Positions 28,201 to 40,857 of a DNA stretch of 64,000 nt are shown in pieces (position 1 is the first letter of the stretch; every line of letters begins with the position of its first letter). Position numbers and translations under genes: made by a program. The stretch comes from Iphione sp. A-MEVVRFRX5. Taxonomy: Eukaryota. The DNA is taken from the NCBI GenBank assembly GCA_976226885.1, contig OZ320316.1, positions 39,618,001 to 39,682,000 of the forward strand, given 5' to 3'. The notes under the pieces are model-generated. The model ran no database searches and was not told where the DNA came from. It was given only the letters and a program-made list of their open reading frames with translations.

Positions 28201-31200
28201 CAAGCCAATCTCTATAACTGGCCATCGGGTAAAGGAGACAGTGGACACTCGCTGGCATCTGACCGACTGTGAACAGGAGCGAGGAAGGTTAATTGCCTTG
28301 GACTAGTCGACAAAAAATGTCATTCGCTGACTATTCACTTTTTAGAGAGGGTTTGGTTCTGGATGGCAGCAGTGTGTGCCATGTGGATGCCATGGTGAGA
28401 TTGGATGAGGGAGTGGTAGTTCTTGTTTAGGCTCTGTTGTCAACTCCCAACCCATGGCCATTCCATGCTGACTCTTGTAGCATCAGGCTGAATGGCACAG
28501 TTAAAGGTGACGCGGCTGAAGCCCGCAGGCTGTGCTTACGATTGGGCTGCACGGTGTGCTTGGCCGGGCAGCAGGCAATGGTGCCCACCAGGGTAGGGGC
28601 AGAGTCACGCTGACATGGAGTCAAATCTCTGTGTGGTCTCACATGGCGTCCTGAATGATGCCCTGGAGGAAGAGTGACAATGGCATGTTACTGGAGACAA
28701 GCAGGGTCTTTGTGTGGCTCGGGCGAGGTTGTGCGGCCAAAGTTTGTCATCGCTGCCCAGTTACAACTCCTTTATTGTCAGAGTCAGGGAACAGTTTTGG
28801 TGAGCGGTTAGTCAAGATGCTGTCAGAGGCTGAGCCGACTGTCCTTCGTCCTAACCGCTTTAAACAACGCTGCCAGAGCAACGAGGGTTCAGATGAACAG
28901 TACTCTGGACCAGTCAGCCAACTGGGCTTCGAGTGTCCAGCAGCGCAGGTGTCCATCATGCCGCTGTGATTTATGAATACATGTCAGTGACATGCATTCT
29001 GCACACACCAGTGGTCACTCTTTGCTCGCCCGCGGGGCACACAATGCCTTCAGACACAAAGGCGAGAGCCGCCGCACCACGGGGTACCTTATTAGACCCA
29101 CCATGCTACCCACCAATCAGCTAATGCCCAGTGAATGCAGCATTGTAGACGCGTTCAGCGGTCATGTCAAACTATATTCTCACCTCGCTGGGTCGAGCGG
29201 TCCACCTGGCCCCAGCATGTGTGGCCACATAATACTTGCCGCAGTGCCCTAACGTGGACCTTTTGTGGGCCCATGATCTACCCCATAGCTTGGCCTCCAT
29301 CGAGGACGTGCGCGCGCCCGCCATAATGGCATATATTTGGTACTTTGTCGCCGTGTACAATAACCGTCTTTCTTCGTGCAACGTACGCTAATGGTTCTCG
29401 TGGTGCGCGCAGAGAGGAGATGTCCGCAGGGCGTGTTTGGATCAATGAGCACACGGCCCACATGTCTACAGGACCCGAAGGTCGACTAACCTCGTCCTGA
29501 CCGCTAACTCCTCTCCTCCAGCTGGACTGGCCCTCCTCAAAGTCGGGGCCTGTATGTACAATCACAACCTCTGGTCCCCGCTTCCGAGCAATCAATCTGT
29601 TAATTCAGATGGCCTGTCTGGAGCGTCCGTACTCTATAATCAAAATGTCACGGCTTGTAATTATGCGCTGACACTGCGTACTCGTTGATAAGATTACGTT
29701 CGGGTCGTGGGCGCGGGGATACACTCGGCCATGGTGAACAAGGCACACAGGCGAACATGGAGGAAACTGTGGGCGGAGGGTCGGGGCCAGAGGGCGTCTG
29801 ATGACCAACAGTTGACCAGTGTATTTACCACCAGCGGTCCCTGACTTAGTTATAGGCATCGCCTTGGTTAATGTGGCTATCAATGACGAGATCAGCGAAA
29901 GGCCATGGGGGGAGTGGCCCCTGCCGACCTCACCGACGACGATCAATGGCCCCCGCCCCCTTTTCTACCAGAAACCCCCCTCCACCCCCACCCCACCAGC
30001 GAGCCGGCCTCAGCCACGATTTACTCAGCGTAAGCCTCCTTCTGGCAAATGTCCACTTTGATGTCCAACCGGCCACCAGGTGGTTGGAAACCATGGTAAC
30101 AGGGGGCGTTGACCGCGCTGACGAGGCAGACATGCCACCACTGACGACCGCCAGAGGTAAAAGGGGGGTGGGAAGTGGGAGAAGTACGCCTTGACACACG
30201 TTACAAGGGGGCGATGGGCTTGGGGGAGGTGGGAGGGTGGAGAGTGAGCAGACAACATCAAGTAGCCTTGTCGGCGAGCTTGTTATCGGCGCCGTGAGCA
30301 AGCATTACAGAGGATAGGAGTAAGAGGTCAGGCACCGCTGGACAAACCACATAATGGAGCCTGACAGGATCACAGGCCCTCAACGACCAGGGTTAAGCAG
30401 GTGATCCGGAATGGCCGGCGTGCGCTGGGATTGGATCCTAATGGACACACAGCGGCAAGCTGATTGTAACAGATTAAGTCTGCCGATAAGCCACATGAAG
30501 GGCTGGATAGAGCCAATTGTGGCTGGCACCCTGGACGGGCAAGCCAATCACCTCTGACTCCAGGGCTGGGTATAGATGTGCTCCCACGCCCAAGGGCGCC
30601 TAATGCATGGACGGACATAGAGAGTGATCACCTCTCCGGTGACCGTAGGCGGATGGGTTGGATGGATGGAAGGCCGGCTGCACGGCAGAGGATTCCCCAC
30701 ACAAAATGAGTGATCATCTGGGCACGGCAAATTAATCGCCGACGCAGCGAGCAACTCGGTACAAACCATTGGGAGCAGCTCGGCCAAGATGAATCGACCA
30801 TGTTTTCATACTTCTATCAATCACCCCACGAAACCGATCGATCACGCATGAATCGAGTCAAAACTGTACCCCATTTCTAATAACTGGTTTAAAATCACGG
30901 GCGGCGGTTCATGCTAGATGCCTTAATTAAATGAATAAAAAATACTCTTAACCCACATCATCATTTAGCACAGCGTAAAAAGACTCCTCTCAGAAGAAAT
31001 TGTATTATAGAAAAAGAGAACGGTTTCGCCGCTTGAAATGGCCAGTTGGGATGCATGAAAGACGTTCGATTTTCCATGTCATTCTGATGAACTGAAGTAA
31101 GCAATACGAAACTTGCCGTCCTGAACAGCTTCGTCAGTAGGGTTCCTTCCCGAAGATGCAATAGGCAGCGTGCTTTGGTGTGGATGTCAGTCACATGCTT

Positions 31201-34159
31201 TGCCACCGAAGACCGACAATTATGGGACACAAAGTTGTACCTTGCAGTCTGAGAACGTATACATGTACACATAAATCACCTCGTCAAATGTTCAAGTTGA
31301 AAAGTCCGCGGGAACACGAATAAAGGGGACATCGACAAACCGACCGACAACAAGGTCACAACCCAATACCTACACGTGTGCTGTTCATGTAGCACCTCAG
31401 AAAGTTGGATTTCACCAACAGCCATTTGAGAGGCCCCCGTAGGTTAGATCTGCTGTTAGCTCTACTCTTCTGACACTCTTATGTTGGAAAAGGTTGGACC
31501 AGGTGGACTGGCACGGCCATTTTGCTTCTGAAGTACATGTACATGTATACTCGACGGGTTTGAAAACTTCATGAGATCGAACGGTTCCCATGCCCCATGT
31601 GTAGATGGCCTAGATCCAGTCCCCTTGGTAACTGGCGACGTATACACCTGGCCGTGACCCAGACAATGGCGGCCATCAGATGACCAGCGAATGACCTCCG
31701 AGGTCAAGAAGCATCGGAGGAGTACGAAAAGCGACCTGAAGAGGCGGGTGGGAGTAGGAGGTGGGAGGGTCTAGTTTACGGTCACCTAGACTTTATACCG
31801 CTATCAACCAGGCCCTCCAGGTGAGATAACATCGTCCTACGTGATGTCAGCTGTGGTCAGATCGAGATCGGGCTGACCGATAACCAAGATATGATGATAG
31901 ACTGCCCACTGTGAAAAATGGGCGACCTATAAATCTCACACAATGTCTTGACCCTGATGATCCCGATAGCCCTTAATTGATCACATCCTGTGTTTGAGAC
32001 CTTTTACCTGCGGATCTATTTTTATGCTTGACTCGTGTATACACCGTATACACCAGTTTGAGCTATATCGAATCACTTTCTGGCTTCTAGAATTTCCTTA
32101 ATGGGTGGAAAGTTTTCACCTAATTGTACACACGAAAATATGAGGCAAGAAATGCAGTACACATAATTATTGGACGTTTTCCCTAATAAATTCAGATCTG
32201 TATTACCACTGTATAGTGTAGACCAATTTCCTAAAACATGAAATTATCTGATGGCTGCCCGGTCCAGATCAATTGAAGCTAGTTTCATTATTGTGTTTGT
32301 CAGTGACTATCGCAGACCACGATAAGTCAAGGGGCTATCCGTCACAAAAAACACATACCGTAAATGGTCAGTGCTACGCAGTTAGTTGAAAAGAAAACCG
32401 AACCGTGAGTACACCCCCGCCTCCCAGCAAGCAAATGCATTATGTCAGATAATGTGTGCGGGAGTGGGAGTCGGATGGGGATGGAGGGGATAGATAGACA
32501 GAAACAGAGACAGAAAAATAAATGGAGCTGCAGACGGTTGTGGGTTGTGAGGTCAAACTTCTCAAGGACTTAATTAATTTACCTGCAAGTTCTGTACCAC
32601 CTGACTGTCTAGATTTGCTACCTGATATAGGAGATAAGGTGAAACAATTGGTCAGGGCTACGACACATATTTAGATGGTGACCAAACTATCTGACACCGA
32701 ACGCCGAAAGCCCGTGAAAGTTGGACGTGATAAAAACTGGGGGTTATAGATAACATCGATCAGTTATCGTCGTGCTATTCTGAGGAAACTGAGAATATAA
32801 TAAAGTATTGAATTTACTTGCGAGGAATATTACTATGTAAAGTACCCCTCAATTCAGTGGCGGGCAGGATATTGCGAAGCTCAATGCGGCTCATACTGAT
32901 AGTGAACCAGAAAAATGCTCTGCAGTAGTAGTCCATTTGTATGTTTTCTAAGTGTATTGATCCTTTCGTTAGGGTTATGCGTGTCACGAGGAGAACATCC
33001 ACTTAAATTGGAACAGGAGGATAAGATTTAACATGTCAGGAAATGCCGGGCAAGATAAATTGGCCAGTTGCTAGGACTAACGAGGCTTGAGTTGATCAAT
33101 GACACTTCATTCTCACAACTGTAACATTTAGATTGTAACAAAGATCAGGCCACCGTAGTGATCGGTAAAAATCTCTGCCTTCTAAACGAAGCTACAATGC
33201 AGTAATAAACGATACATGCATTGTAGCTTCTTCACATACGTGTTTACATAATATGAACAAAGTAACTGACTACTTGCATCAAATCTACAGTGAGAAAGTG
33301 TTGCCGGCGGGTCCGTGCAGATAATGAATAAAGGTGATAAATGAGCGTGTAGCCTGCGGGCGTTTCGACCAGACATGTCCCGTGCGAGCGCACAAGTTGA
33401 ACAGACATGTATAACCATGTCAGACTGACCACGTAGAGGGTGACAGTGATCGGTTCTGGAAGGAAGACAAAATCAAATCCAGCTGGAGCACCTCGAACCA
33501 TAGACCAGTGCCGCCAGATCGCCCCTAAGCTGCTCGCAGAGCCGAGCGGTCTGTGCTTTTTGACCAAGTGAGCGTGTCATGAATGAATGGCCCCTAGTCT
33601 CAATTATATGTGGCTGGGTTGCCCTCCCCAGATCTGTCACCCTCCTAAGATAACGCCAGTTTGGGCATAATGGACACTGTTCGGTCATTTATTCGCGTAC
33701 TGGACAGTAACTCTTTTATTTGTGAGCGCCTCAGCCAAGTAGCTTGACATTTTTCAGAAGGCTCGGGCAGCTGGTCTGTCAAGTCTCACGCCATTTATGC
33801 AACGTAGGCTTACGGCGTTGTCTAGTTAGTGTGACAGGCGGCCTGGACTAACCCACGGTGAGTAATGCCTCGCTGGACACCACTCGCTCGGGCTCTGATG
33901 CGGACTGTCTGTTGGCTGCTGCGGTCAAGATTTACTGTAGCTTTTCATGCGACACGGCTCGTAATGGTTTTCGGCTGGGAAGTGCCAGACTGGGCCAGGA
34001 TTGATCCAGGCGGCCAGTTAAAGATGATGTTTCAGGGGTGATGGATCCCTGACCGGCCCTGCGTCAGGCGCGGGGGAAGGGGGTGTCGGAATAGATGCAG
34101 GACACGGGGAGGGGGGGCAAATGAAGGGTGGATGAATACGTTACGCTGCCGTGCGTTGG

Positions 34160-34288
34160 NNNNNNNNNNNNNNNNNNNNNNNNNNNNNNNNNNNNNNNNN
34201 NNNNNNNNNNNNNNNNNNNNNNNNNNNNNNNNNNNNNNNNNNNNNNNNNNNNNNNNNNNNNNNNNNNNNNNNNNNNNNNNNNNNNNNN
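34160..34288. other. Assembly gap (129 N)
   Basis: Run of N. Confidence 0.99.
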
Positions 34289-37200
34289 CATGCCCAGAAA
34301 GAGGTTACTATATAATTTCACACGACACTAAGGGTTACAATAAGAAGGGTGCAGAGAGAATCAGGACACCAGACATACTGCCCCAAACCTCAAGCATTGC
34401 CCCTGCTTGTATAATTATTTGTACTCTGGTTGACCTAGAACAACCAAGCAGCATAACGGAAATGAGCATGCGTATGTATGTGTGTGCACAGTGTAAGTAA
34501 AACAAGACTTACTTTGAAATGAATGTATCTTTGAAATGATGTTAAACACGATTATTCATACATTTTAAAACTTTCCTATGCAGACCTATATTGTAAGGGG
34601 CCATCCTTCATGTACAAGTACTTCTATGTTAATAACATAAAACAATGCATAAAGTAGTTGCTCCGTCGTCTACTATAAAGAATAGGCGTACAGCTTATAG
34701 ATTTGCGAAAATATTCTTCCCCTAATAAATGGCTTGCTGCATCTACAGATGAATGGAAATACGACCCGTACATGTACATGTATTCTAAACCAGCGCATCA
34801 CTGAACCCTCATGGTTCGGTAAAGTACCATCACTTAACTCATCCCAGCTACCCTTCTTCAGCTCGTCTAGCTCTATCTGCCCTCCCCCCCCAAACTCATA
34901 CCCCCATAGTATACCGTTCCCCACGCGAATAGTGACCTCGGAAGTCGGTCTAACAAACCTTGGGCGAGTTGCTTATGGCCCAATGAGGACACGTTCGAGG
35001 GCGAGTGGTGCACTGCAAACTAGGGCCCCTGCTGCTTGCTATCATCCAAGCGGCCCATCCCTACCCAGCCACGACACTACATTTCACCCCGGCCTTGACA
35101 AAGTCCACAGAAATCTTTAGCACAAATCTGCCTCTGCTTTATAAAGACCGCAACTCCACAGGGTATGAGAGTATTTACCCACGAAATGAAGTCCATATTT
35201 CTGGCATTGGGACCCAAAAAGGTAATGAGAGTGTGACATAGACTGTGAGCGACTGGTTGATAATCTGGAACTTGAACAGACCCTTAAACTTGGTATGATT
35301 GATTTGCCTCATCTCTGATAAACTAGCCATTTTCTGGCCATGGCGGGGGAGTGGTGTCTGTTGTGTGATCCTATCAGTTCTTATCTGCTCTCCAGGTTAG
35401 AAGGACAGTGTCTTCGCTGCCCAGTCGAGTGGACGACGCCCCTGGATCCGCGGGCGCAAAGGGCTCCCCTTGACCGACATCTTACGGGACCGTCAGTTTA
35501 GCCATGTTGCCAGCAGCGTCCAAACAGTACAATCTGTCAGAGTGGGGGCCAAGATGTTCGCCTCAGGTCGCTGTGGGTGTGCCTGTACATATGTGCGATT
35601 TTAGTCTGGAATGTGAAGGAAGGGTATGGGCAAAGCTAAGCTGGTAGGTGGTAAGCTCAACATGACCCATCTTTTTTCCGTTTTAGCTCTAGCAGCGATT
35701 GAGGAATTTTGGAGTGATGGTGTGTACTGCTGGCGGGTCTGAAGAGTGGAGTGGAGAAGTTGTTGGGGGGTTGGGTGTGTGTGTGTGGGGGGGAGGGGGC
35801 CGTGTCCCGGGTTATGGGTCGAGCACTACTTGTAGACGTCCGAGCACTGTTACACACTATTCCCCAGGTCTGATACTAGCTAGATGGCGCCACGTTTGCC
35901 ACCGAAGGGCGGATGAGCCGTACCGGACGTGACGTCAAATGATCTAACCGCGCGGCACGCCGCCAGATACGGCAGGTGACCCTTGACCTGGCTGTGATTA
36001 CACGCGAGCGCCGAGCGGCCATTGGCTCTTGTTGCTGCCAAGATAGCCCAGTTTCGCTGAGACAGGGGTCCGCCAAGATAAGCTGCGGCGGCCGGAGGCG
36101 GGTCAGGGTGGGCCTCGCGTACTTCACACATTACGGTCATCTAACAGACCGTCTACGCCAGAGAGCAGGCCCCACGGTCCCTGAGCAACAACCCCAAAGG
36201 CTATCAAAATATTGGCAACTGGCGGTGAAATTATACTCTTCAATTATTGGTCAAGCTGCCTGCCGCTTGGCTCAGGCATGTGCGGTCCCTGCTTCGTGAG
36301 GCTGCACCGCATTGGGCACTTTGGTCGGAGCAGCTCATAGCTTGGTCAAACACATGGCTGAGCTTCTCGTGTGACAAAGTAGCAGTTAGGGGACGACCCT
36401 CGCCAAACAATACTGAATTATGCCACTGATGAGAGGAATATGCGATAATCGCCTATCCCCCCACCCCCGCCCCCCACCAAAAGCGGACCTCGTAAACAGA
36501 CTGAGGGTTATCCCCCTACCCCACGTCTCCCTCCTTCCCTCAACATTCAATCCGTCCAAACCACCCTACGGGCTGAATGTTTGCCACCGGTGCTTAAAAG
36601 TTAAAATCAAGAATCATGGGGAACTAACAAACGGTTCTAAGCTACAGTTTAGAAGTGGTAAATTCTATCATCTAGAGAGGGTCAATACCATTGATTGAAT
36701 GCTATTTGATAGGGTCAGACCGAAGCAATGCTGATCAATGCAATAATAGGCTTGCTGGGCGTACAAACGTCAGTACCCGCTACCCAGGGACGATTACATT
36801 GCTTGTTTTGCCCATTTGAACCTAGCCCAGACAGCCACTGGTCAATATGTTGCCCCAACTCCAGTCACACTCCAGTGTCCACGGATAATACAAACTTTCC
36901 GCCACATTCAATTTCAACTTTAAATTTTAATTTTCAATACTGGCCTGCCAAGTTTTCACGGCCACAAAAATCAATGTCCGTGCGCACCCCGGCCGGCCAT
37001 TGAATAATACATCAGTGACCATCTTGATGGTGCAGGTAGAAAAAAATGGCCCCAGTGTAGACCGGTGCCAGGTGGGTATGGGCAGGGGGGTTCAGCTCGT
37101 CTCCCAGCCGTATGACCATGGACGAAGCAGATCAATAATACATAAACTCAAATCCATGTGGCGGGGTTTTAGTCCCCACCCTGGAGCAGTCCCCACTCTA

Positions 37201-38176
37201 CACTGTGGGAGGGCGAACGGGGCGACTGTACCTGGTAACTCGCTGACTGAAGCAGGAAAAACCCACCTTGCTCCTGCGCTGGTCACTGGTACCAACGCGC
37301 CTGGCAATTTGCATAGAGTTAAAGCAATTAGAGGGGGGAACTACATGAAAAGGCCATTGGCATTAACAAAGTCCTCTCCTGCATAATGCGGCGCCGCTTG
37401 GGCAGCGCTGGATCAGAGTATGCCAGGTCCCTGCTGCAGTCCCACGTCTGTGTCAACACTGGCCGCGATTAATATTTACCAAATAAAGCATAAATAAAAT
37501 ATTGAATGCGCTCTGGACAGCGGTGGAGTGGTCGGCAGTGTGGACGCCAGTTCCACCGGTCGCCACGCCACGTGGGCATGGGCTTTGCCCGCGGTGTATC
37601 GATCTGCCTTTGGCATGTTTCAATGGACATGGGCATATTCAGTTCCATGATCTCGGCTCGGCCAATTTAAAAAGGCTGGACTCGGGGACCGCTCGGGGGT
37701 GGGCTGACAGACTTGGGGAGCGCGCAAAATAACCACTGCGATGATGCTGTTTCAGCTTCTAGCCACTAGTGGTCTTCACTTTGAATGATGAAGAAATGTT
37801 GTCACACATTGTGTACTTGTGCTGTGGGCTGACAACATCCTCTCAAGGACAAGCTGGTCAAAGTACAAACTAAAAAAACCGCCATTGAAGTTGGTACTCG
37901 AACCCTATTGCAAGTAGCTTTTCCTTGCAGGACAGTACTAAAGTGCACTCGCCATTCTAAAACTTACACCGAAAAACTCGACGCCCTTCACATCTCCAGG
38001 AAAGCCATACTGGTTCAAAAGAAACGGAACTGTAGGAGATAAAGCTTTCTATAATCGGCTTACAGCATACTAATTAGAGTAGAGACGGTGGTGGTGGCAT
38101 GAAGTCAGAAAACAGCTCGCACTGTATATCTCTGTCTAGGCCACAAAATACATGTGAATATACACTTATTTTCATC

Positions 38177-38180
38177 CAAT
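38177..38180. repeat. Target-site duplication CAAT (left copy)
   Basis: CAAT immediately precedes the left LTR and immediately follows the right LTR (46702-46705). Confidence 0.9.
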
Positions 38181-38235
38181 TGTAACACAATGTGACAAGT
38201 GACGCCTTTGGGACTGGAGTTGTTTTTAAAATTGG

Positions 38236-38241
38236 TTTATT
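38236..38241 (-). terminator. Candidate polyadenylation signal (AATAAA) near the end of the 3' LTR
   Basis: AATAAA on the element strand about 55 nt before the LTR end and downstream of the TATA box, as needed to define an R region. Confidence 0.55.
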
Positions 38242-38334
38242 GAAATAATATAGTTTGAAGAGCAGCACAGTTCCACCACCCAGCCACCGCAGAGAAGAGG
38301 GTCCCTAGCACTGTCTACTCAGGGGAAGGCCTAA

Positions 38335-38406
38335 CAGCATCATCAGCACAGCACGGCACAGCAGCACAGCATCACAGCACGGCACAGCAGCACAGCACAG
38401 CAGCAG
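38335..38406. repeat. (CAGCA)-type low-complexity tandem array inside the LTR; copy at 46265-46336
   Basis: Contains a 26-nt unit CACAGCACGGCACAGCAGCACAGCA(T/C) repeated twice (38347-38398) within CAGCA/CACAG monomers. Confidence 0.85.
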
Positions 38407-38771
38407 GACATCGGTCAGCTTGGGCAGCACTTCCCCTGGTAGCAGCAGTGGAGGGCCTCCCTCAGGGTAGAGTCAGGCTGGTGGTCTTGGTGGTTCGGCC
38501 GGTTGTTGTCGTCTCTGCTCCTCCCTCCAGTCTGTCTGAGGTGGATGGATCCCACTCCTTATATACAGGCTGAAGCTCCTCCTATCTTGTCAGCAGGAGT
38601 GGTTCCCATCCATCCGACATCTGTCCGGTCACGCGCTGCTCCTCCACCTTGATATCTGTAGGGAGATATCATAAAGTCCTCCCCCCTCCACCAGTCACAA
38701 TAATATACACCTTTTATTTGAAATAACAAATTAAAGTCTCAAATTCTTCTTTTGAGGGGCATTGTGTCACA

Positions 38772-38780
38772 CGCGCCCCC
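38772..38780 (-). promoter_or_regulatory. Candidate polypurine tract (GGGGGCGCG), atypical
   Basis: G-rich run directly abutting the 3' LTR start; short and interrupted by C, so assigned by position only. Confidence 0.4.
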
Positions 38781-38839
38781 AAACAGGCGAACAATGACCG
38801 ACTTGCGTCTGTGTTCGTCACAGCTCTTCTGAAGAGTCA

Positions 38840-40849
38840 TCATTGGGTGGGGGACGCCAGTGGTACTCCCAGCATACTGGTCTTTGGGTCCTGGAGACCC
38901 TCGTCCCCGGAGCGATGTTCGCTGCCCGTCTGGTGACCTTCCTTCCGCCGCTGGCCAGGAGTAAGCCTCCCGGCGATGCTAACCGCATCTACCTCCATCG
39001 TGGATCCAACGACCTCGTCAACTGCAACAGACCTATAGTCCTCCCCCTTTCCCATGACAGACCAGCGCTTCAAGTACCTTCTGCATGAACAATATATTAT
39101 CATCGGTATAAGAGAGCTAATTAAACCCATTCCTACTGTTGTTAGCAACATTGTCCACATGGGCCAAGTATGGTCCTTTGTCTTTTGGCTTTCCTTCAGC
39201 TTTCTTATGAGGTGGGGCATCGGAATCTCATTAATTTCCTTAAGCTCACTTGGGATTTCTAACTTGGTGATATTTGGTATCTCCTCAACAAAAGGAGCCC
39301 AAATGGTCTCTTTGGTGCGATTTCCTAGCTGGATCACATCAAAGGAATGTGGTGGCAACCTCAGCTCACTCTCTTTATAGAAATAAGGTAAAAGGGTGAT
39401 CTGTTCACTGGTAGCTGAACAAGACATATTAAGTTGAACTATAGCCATCGGAGGAAGTGTGATAAGACTGCGTTTGTATGGGGTGGTCTGCTGACAATGT
39501 ACAGTAAAGCTTTCAGCCATTTGCGAGGCAACAACCCATGTGCCATCTTGTATATAATAGGCTGCTGGTAAGATTGCATTTGGCTCTACTATGGCTTTAC
39601 AGTATTTGTCTGTCCGAGCTTGATGTTTTAAAAATAGGGCAGTTATACATAACTTGCTAAGGCTAATTGGTTGGACAGCCTTCTTTAGTGGACAGAATTT
39701 TCTTATTGGATGGACACAAGATGTCAGCTCAGCATCTTCTAAAGGAATGTATCTTGTCCTCTGGGGATCTACAGCTATGGCTTTTGCTTCTAAGTGGTAT
39801 CTAGCTACCATTGAGGGGTTTCCTTTTGGATTAGTTTGCCTGCTAAGTAATGGAAGTGGCAGATTTATGATTTCATACACTTCAAAATCCCCCTCTACGT
39901 CTAATAATGGGATATGTACAACAGTAATGATTTGGTTTGGTTTGATGATCGTGCTACATGTGAGAAATTGGTAATAATTCCAGATGCTTCTACGGGGGTC
40001 ATCTGGGAGCTTCAGGTGGTATGGCAATTTGCTTTGGATGTCAAGGAGAAGATGCTGCAAGCTATGAGGGCTTAAAATATTAGGTGATACTCTTCCTAAT
40101 GACAACATGTTTAGTTGTAATTCTAGGTGTGATAAGTATGCAACTGCTTGAATAATGGTTTGCCTCACATCGGTAACTACCATGTCCAGTTGCATATGTG
40201 ATGAAATGAGGTTTTCCAGCTCTGACACTCTCCCAACTACAGCGAGAGCTCTAGAGAGATTGGTGAGTGTACTGTCTATGCGATGTAAGTTTGTGATGAT
40301 CTCATTTATTGATTGTCTATTTTCCATAATTTCTGTATGGGATACGTTAAGAATGGTTAAGCTGTCTTCGACTGAATGAGCGATCTCCTGCTGGTTCTCC
40401 TCAAGAGTCTCAACATGTCTTGTTACCTTTCTCAACTCGTCTTCTGACACAGTGCCAGTGATAAAACTTAATGCTTGGCCTATTATGGGTATTAAGGAAC
40501 GCTTAGTGCGGCTAAGTGTTTTCAGTCCCGTAAAACTGTTTAGAATCTTTATCCTAATTCGGTCGAGGTTTTTGATTTCTGCCTTCAAAGGTGTAAATAA
40601 ATGGCGGAACTGCAGGCGATGTGGGGAATCATACCTTTTAACTACAGTGTCGCTCAGGGTTGTAACTTCGTCTACGTTTTGGGCTACTTTGTTCATGAAG
40701 TGGTCAAATGGTTTTAAGTCCACTATGAGAGAGACTAGCCATCTTGACCTGGTTGTAGTTACTACATTCACTCTTTTAAATACTACATTATTGTTAATAA
40801 CCAAAGCACTGGCTGTCATAAGGAAGGCTACAACTATCAGTCTGATCAT
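38840..40849 (-). CDS. env: Envelope glycoprotein, class I fusion type (baculovirus F / errantivirus Env-like), 669 aa
   Basis: Third ORF inside the LTRs; hydrophobic signal peptide MIRLIVVAFLMTASA; furin site RTKR (aa 114-117, nt 40499-40510) followed by hydrophobic SLIPIIGQALSFITG; heptad-like region; Cys-rich ectodomain; five N-x-S/T sequons seen; C-terminal TM (WTMLLTTVGMGLISSLIPMIIYC) and cytoplasmic tail. Family assignment is from motif layout, not a search. Confidence 0.88.
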   Translation of the reverse strand: MIRLIVVAFLMTASALVINNNVVFKRVNVVTTTRSRWLVSLIVDLKPFDHFMNKVAQNVDEVTTLSDTVVKRYDSPHRLQFRHLFTPLKAEIKNLDRIRIKILNSFTGLKTLSRTKRSLIPIIGQALSFITGTVSEDELRKVTRHVETLEENQQEIAHSVEDSLTILNVSHTEIMENRQSINEIITNLHRIDSTLTNLSRALAVVGRVSELENLISSHMQLDMVVTDVRQTIIQAVAYLSHLELQLNMLSLGRVSPNILSPHSLQHLLLDIQSKLPYHLKLPDDPRRSIWNYYQFLTCSTIIKPNQIITVVHIPLLDVEGDFEVYEIINLPLPLLSRQTNPKGNPSMVARYHLEAKAIAVDPQRTRYIPLEDAELTSCVHPIRKFCPLKKAVQPISLSKLCITALFLKHQARTDKYCKAIVEPNAILPAAYYIQDGTWVVASQMAESFTVHCQQTTPYKRSLITLPPMAIVQLNMSCSATSEQITLLPYFYKESELRLPPHSFDVIQLGNRTKETIWAPFVEEIPNITKLEIPSELKEINEIPMPHLIRKLKESQKTKDHTWPMWTMLLTTVGMGLISSLIPMIIYCSCRRYLKRWSVMGKGEDYRSVAVDEVVGSTMEVDAVSIAGRLTPGQRRKEGHQTGSEHRSGDEGLQDPKTSMLGVPLASPTQ

Positions 40850-40857
40850 AGCTTAAC

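Larger units (their letters stand above)
38181..38771 (-). repeat. 3' LTR (591 bp)
   Basis: Direct repeat of 46111-46701 at an offset of 7930 bp; begins 68 nt after the env stop codon. Confidence 0.96.

Noticed and set aside
34064-34500. ORFs spanning the first N gap (likewise 46669-47105 at the second gap)
   Set aside because: Artefacts of translating through N runs.
38335-38406. LTR CAGCA array as a possible CRISPR-like repeat
   Set aside because: No unique spacers, eukaryotic context, no cas genes; it is a simple tandem repeat.
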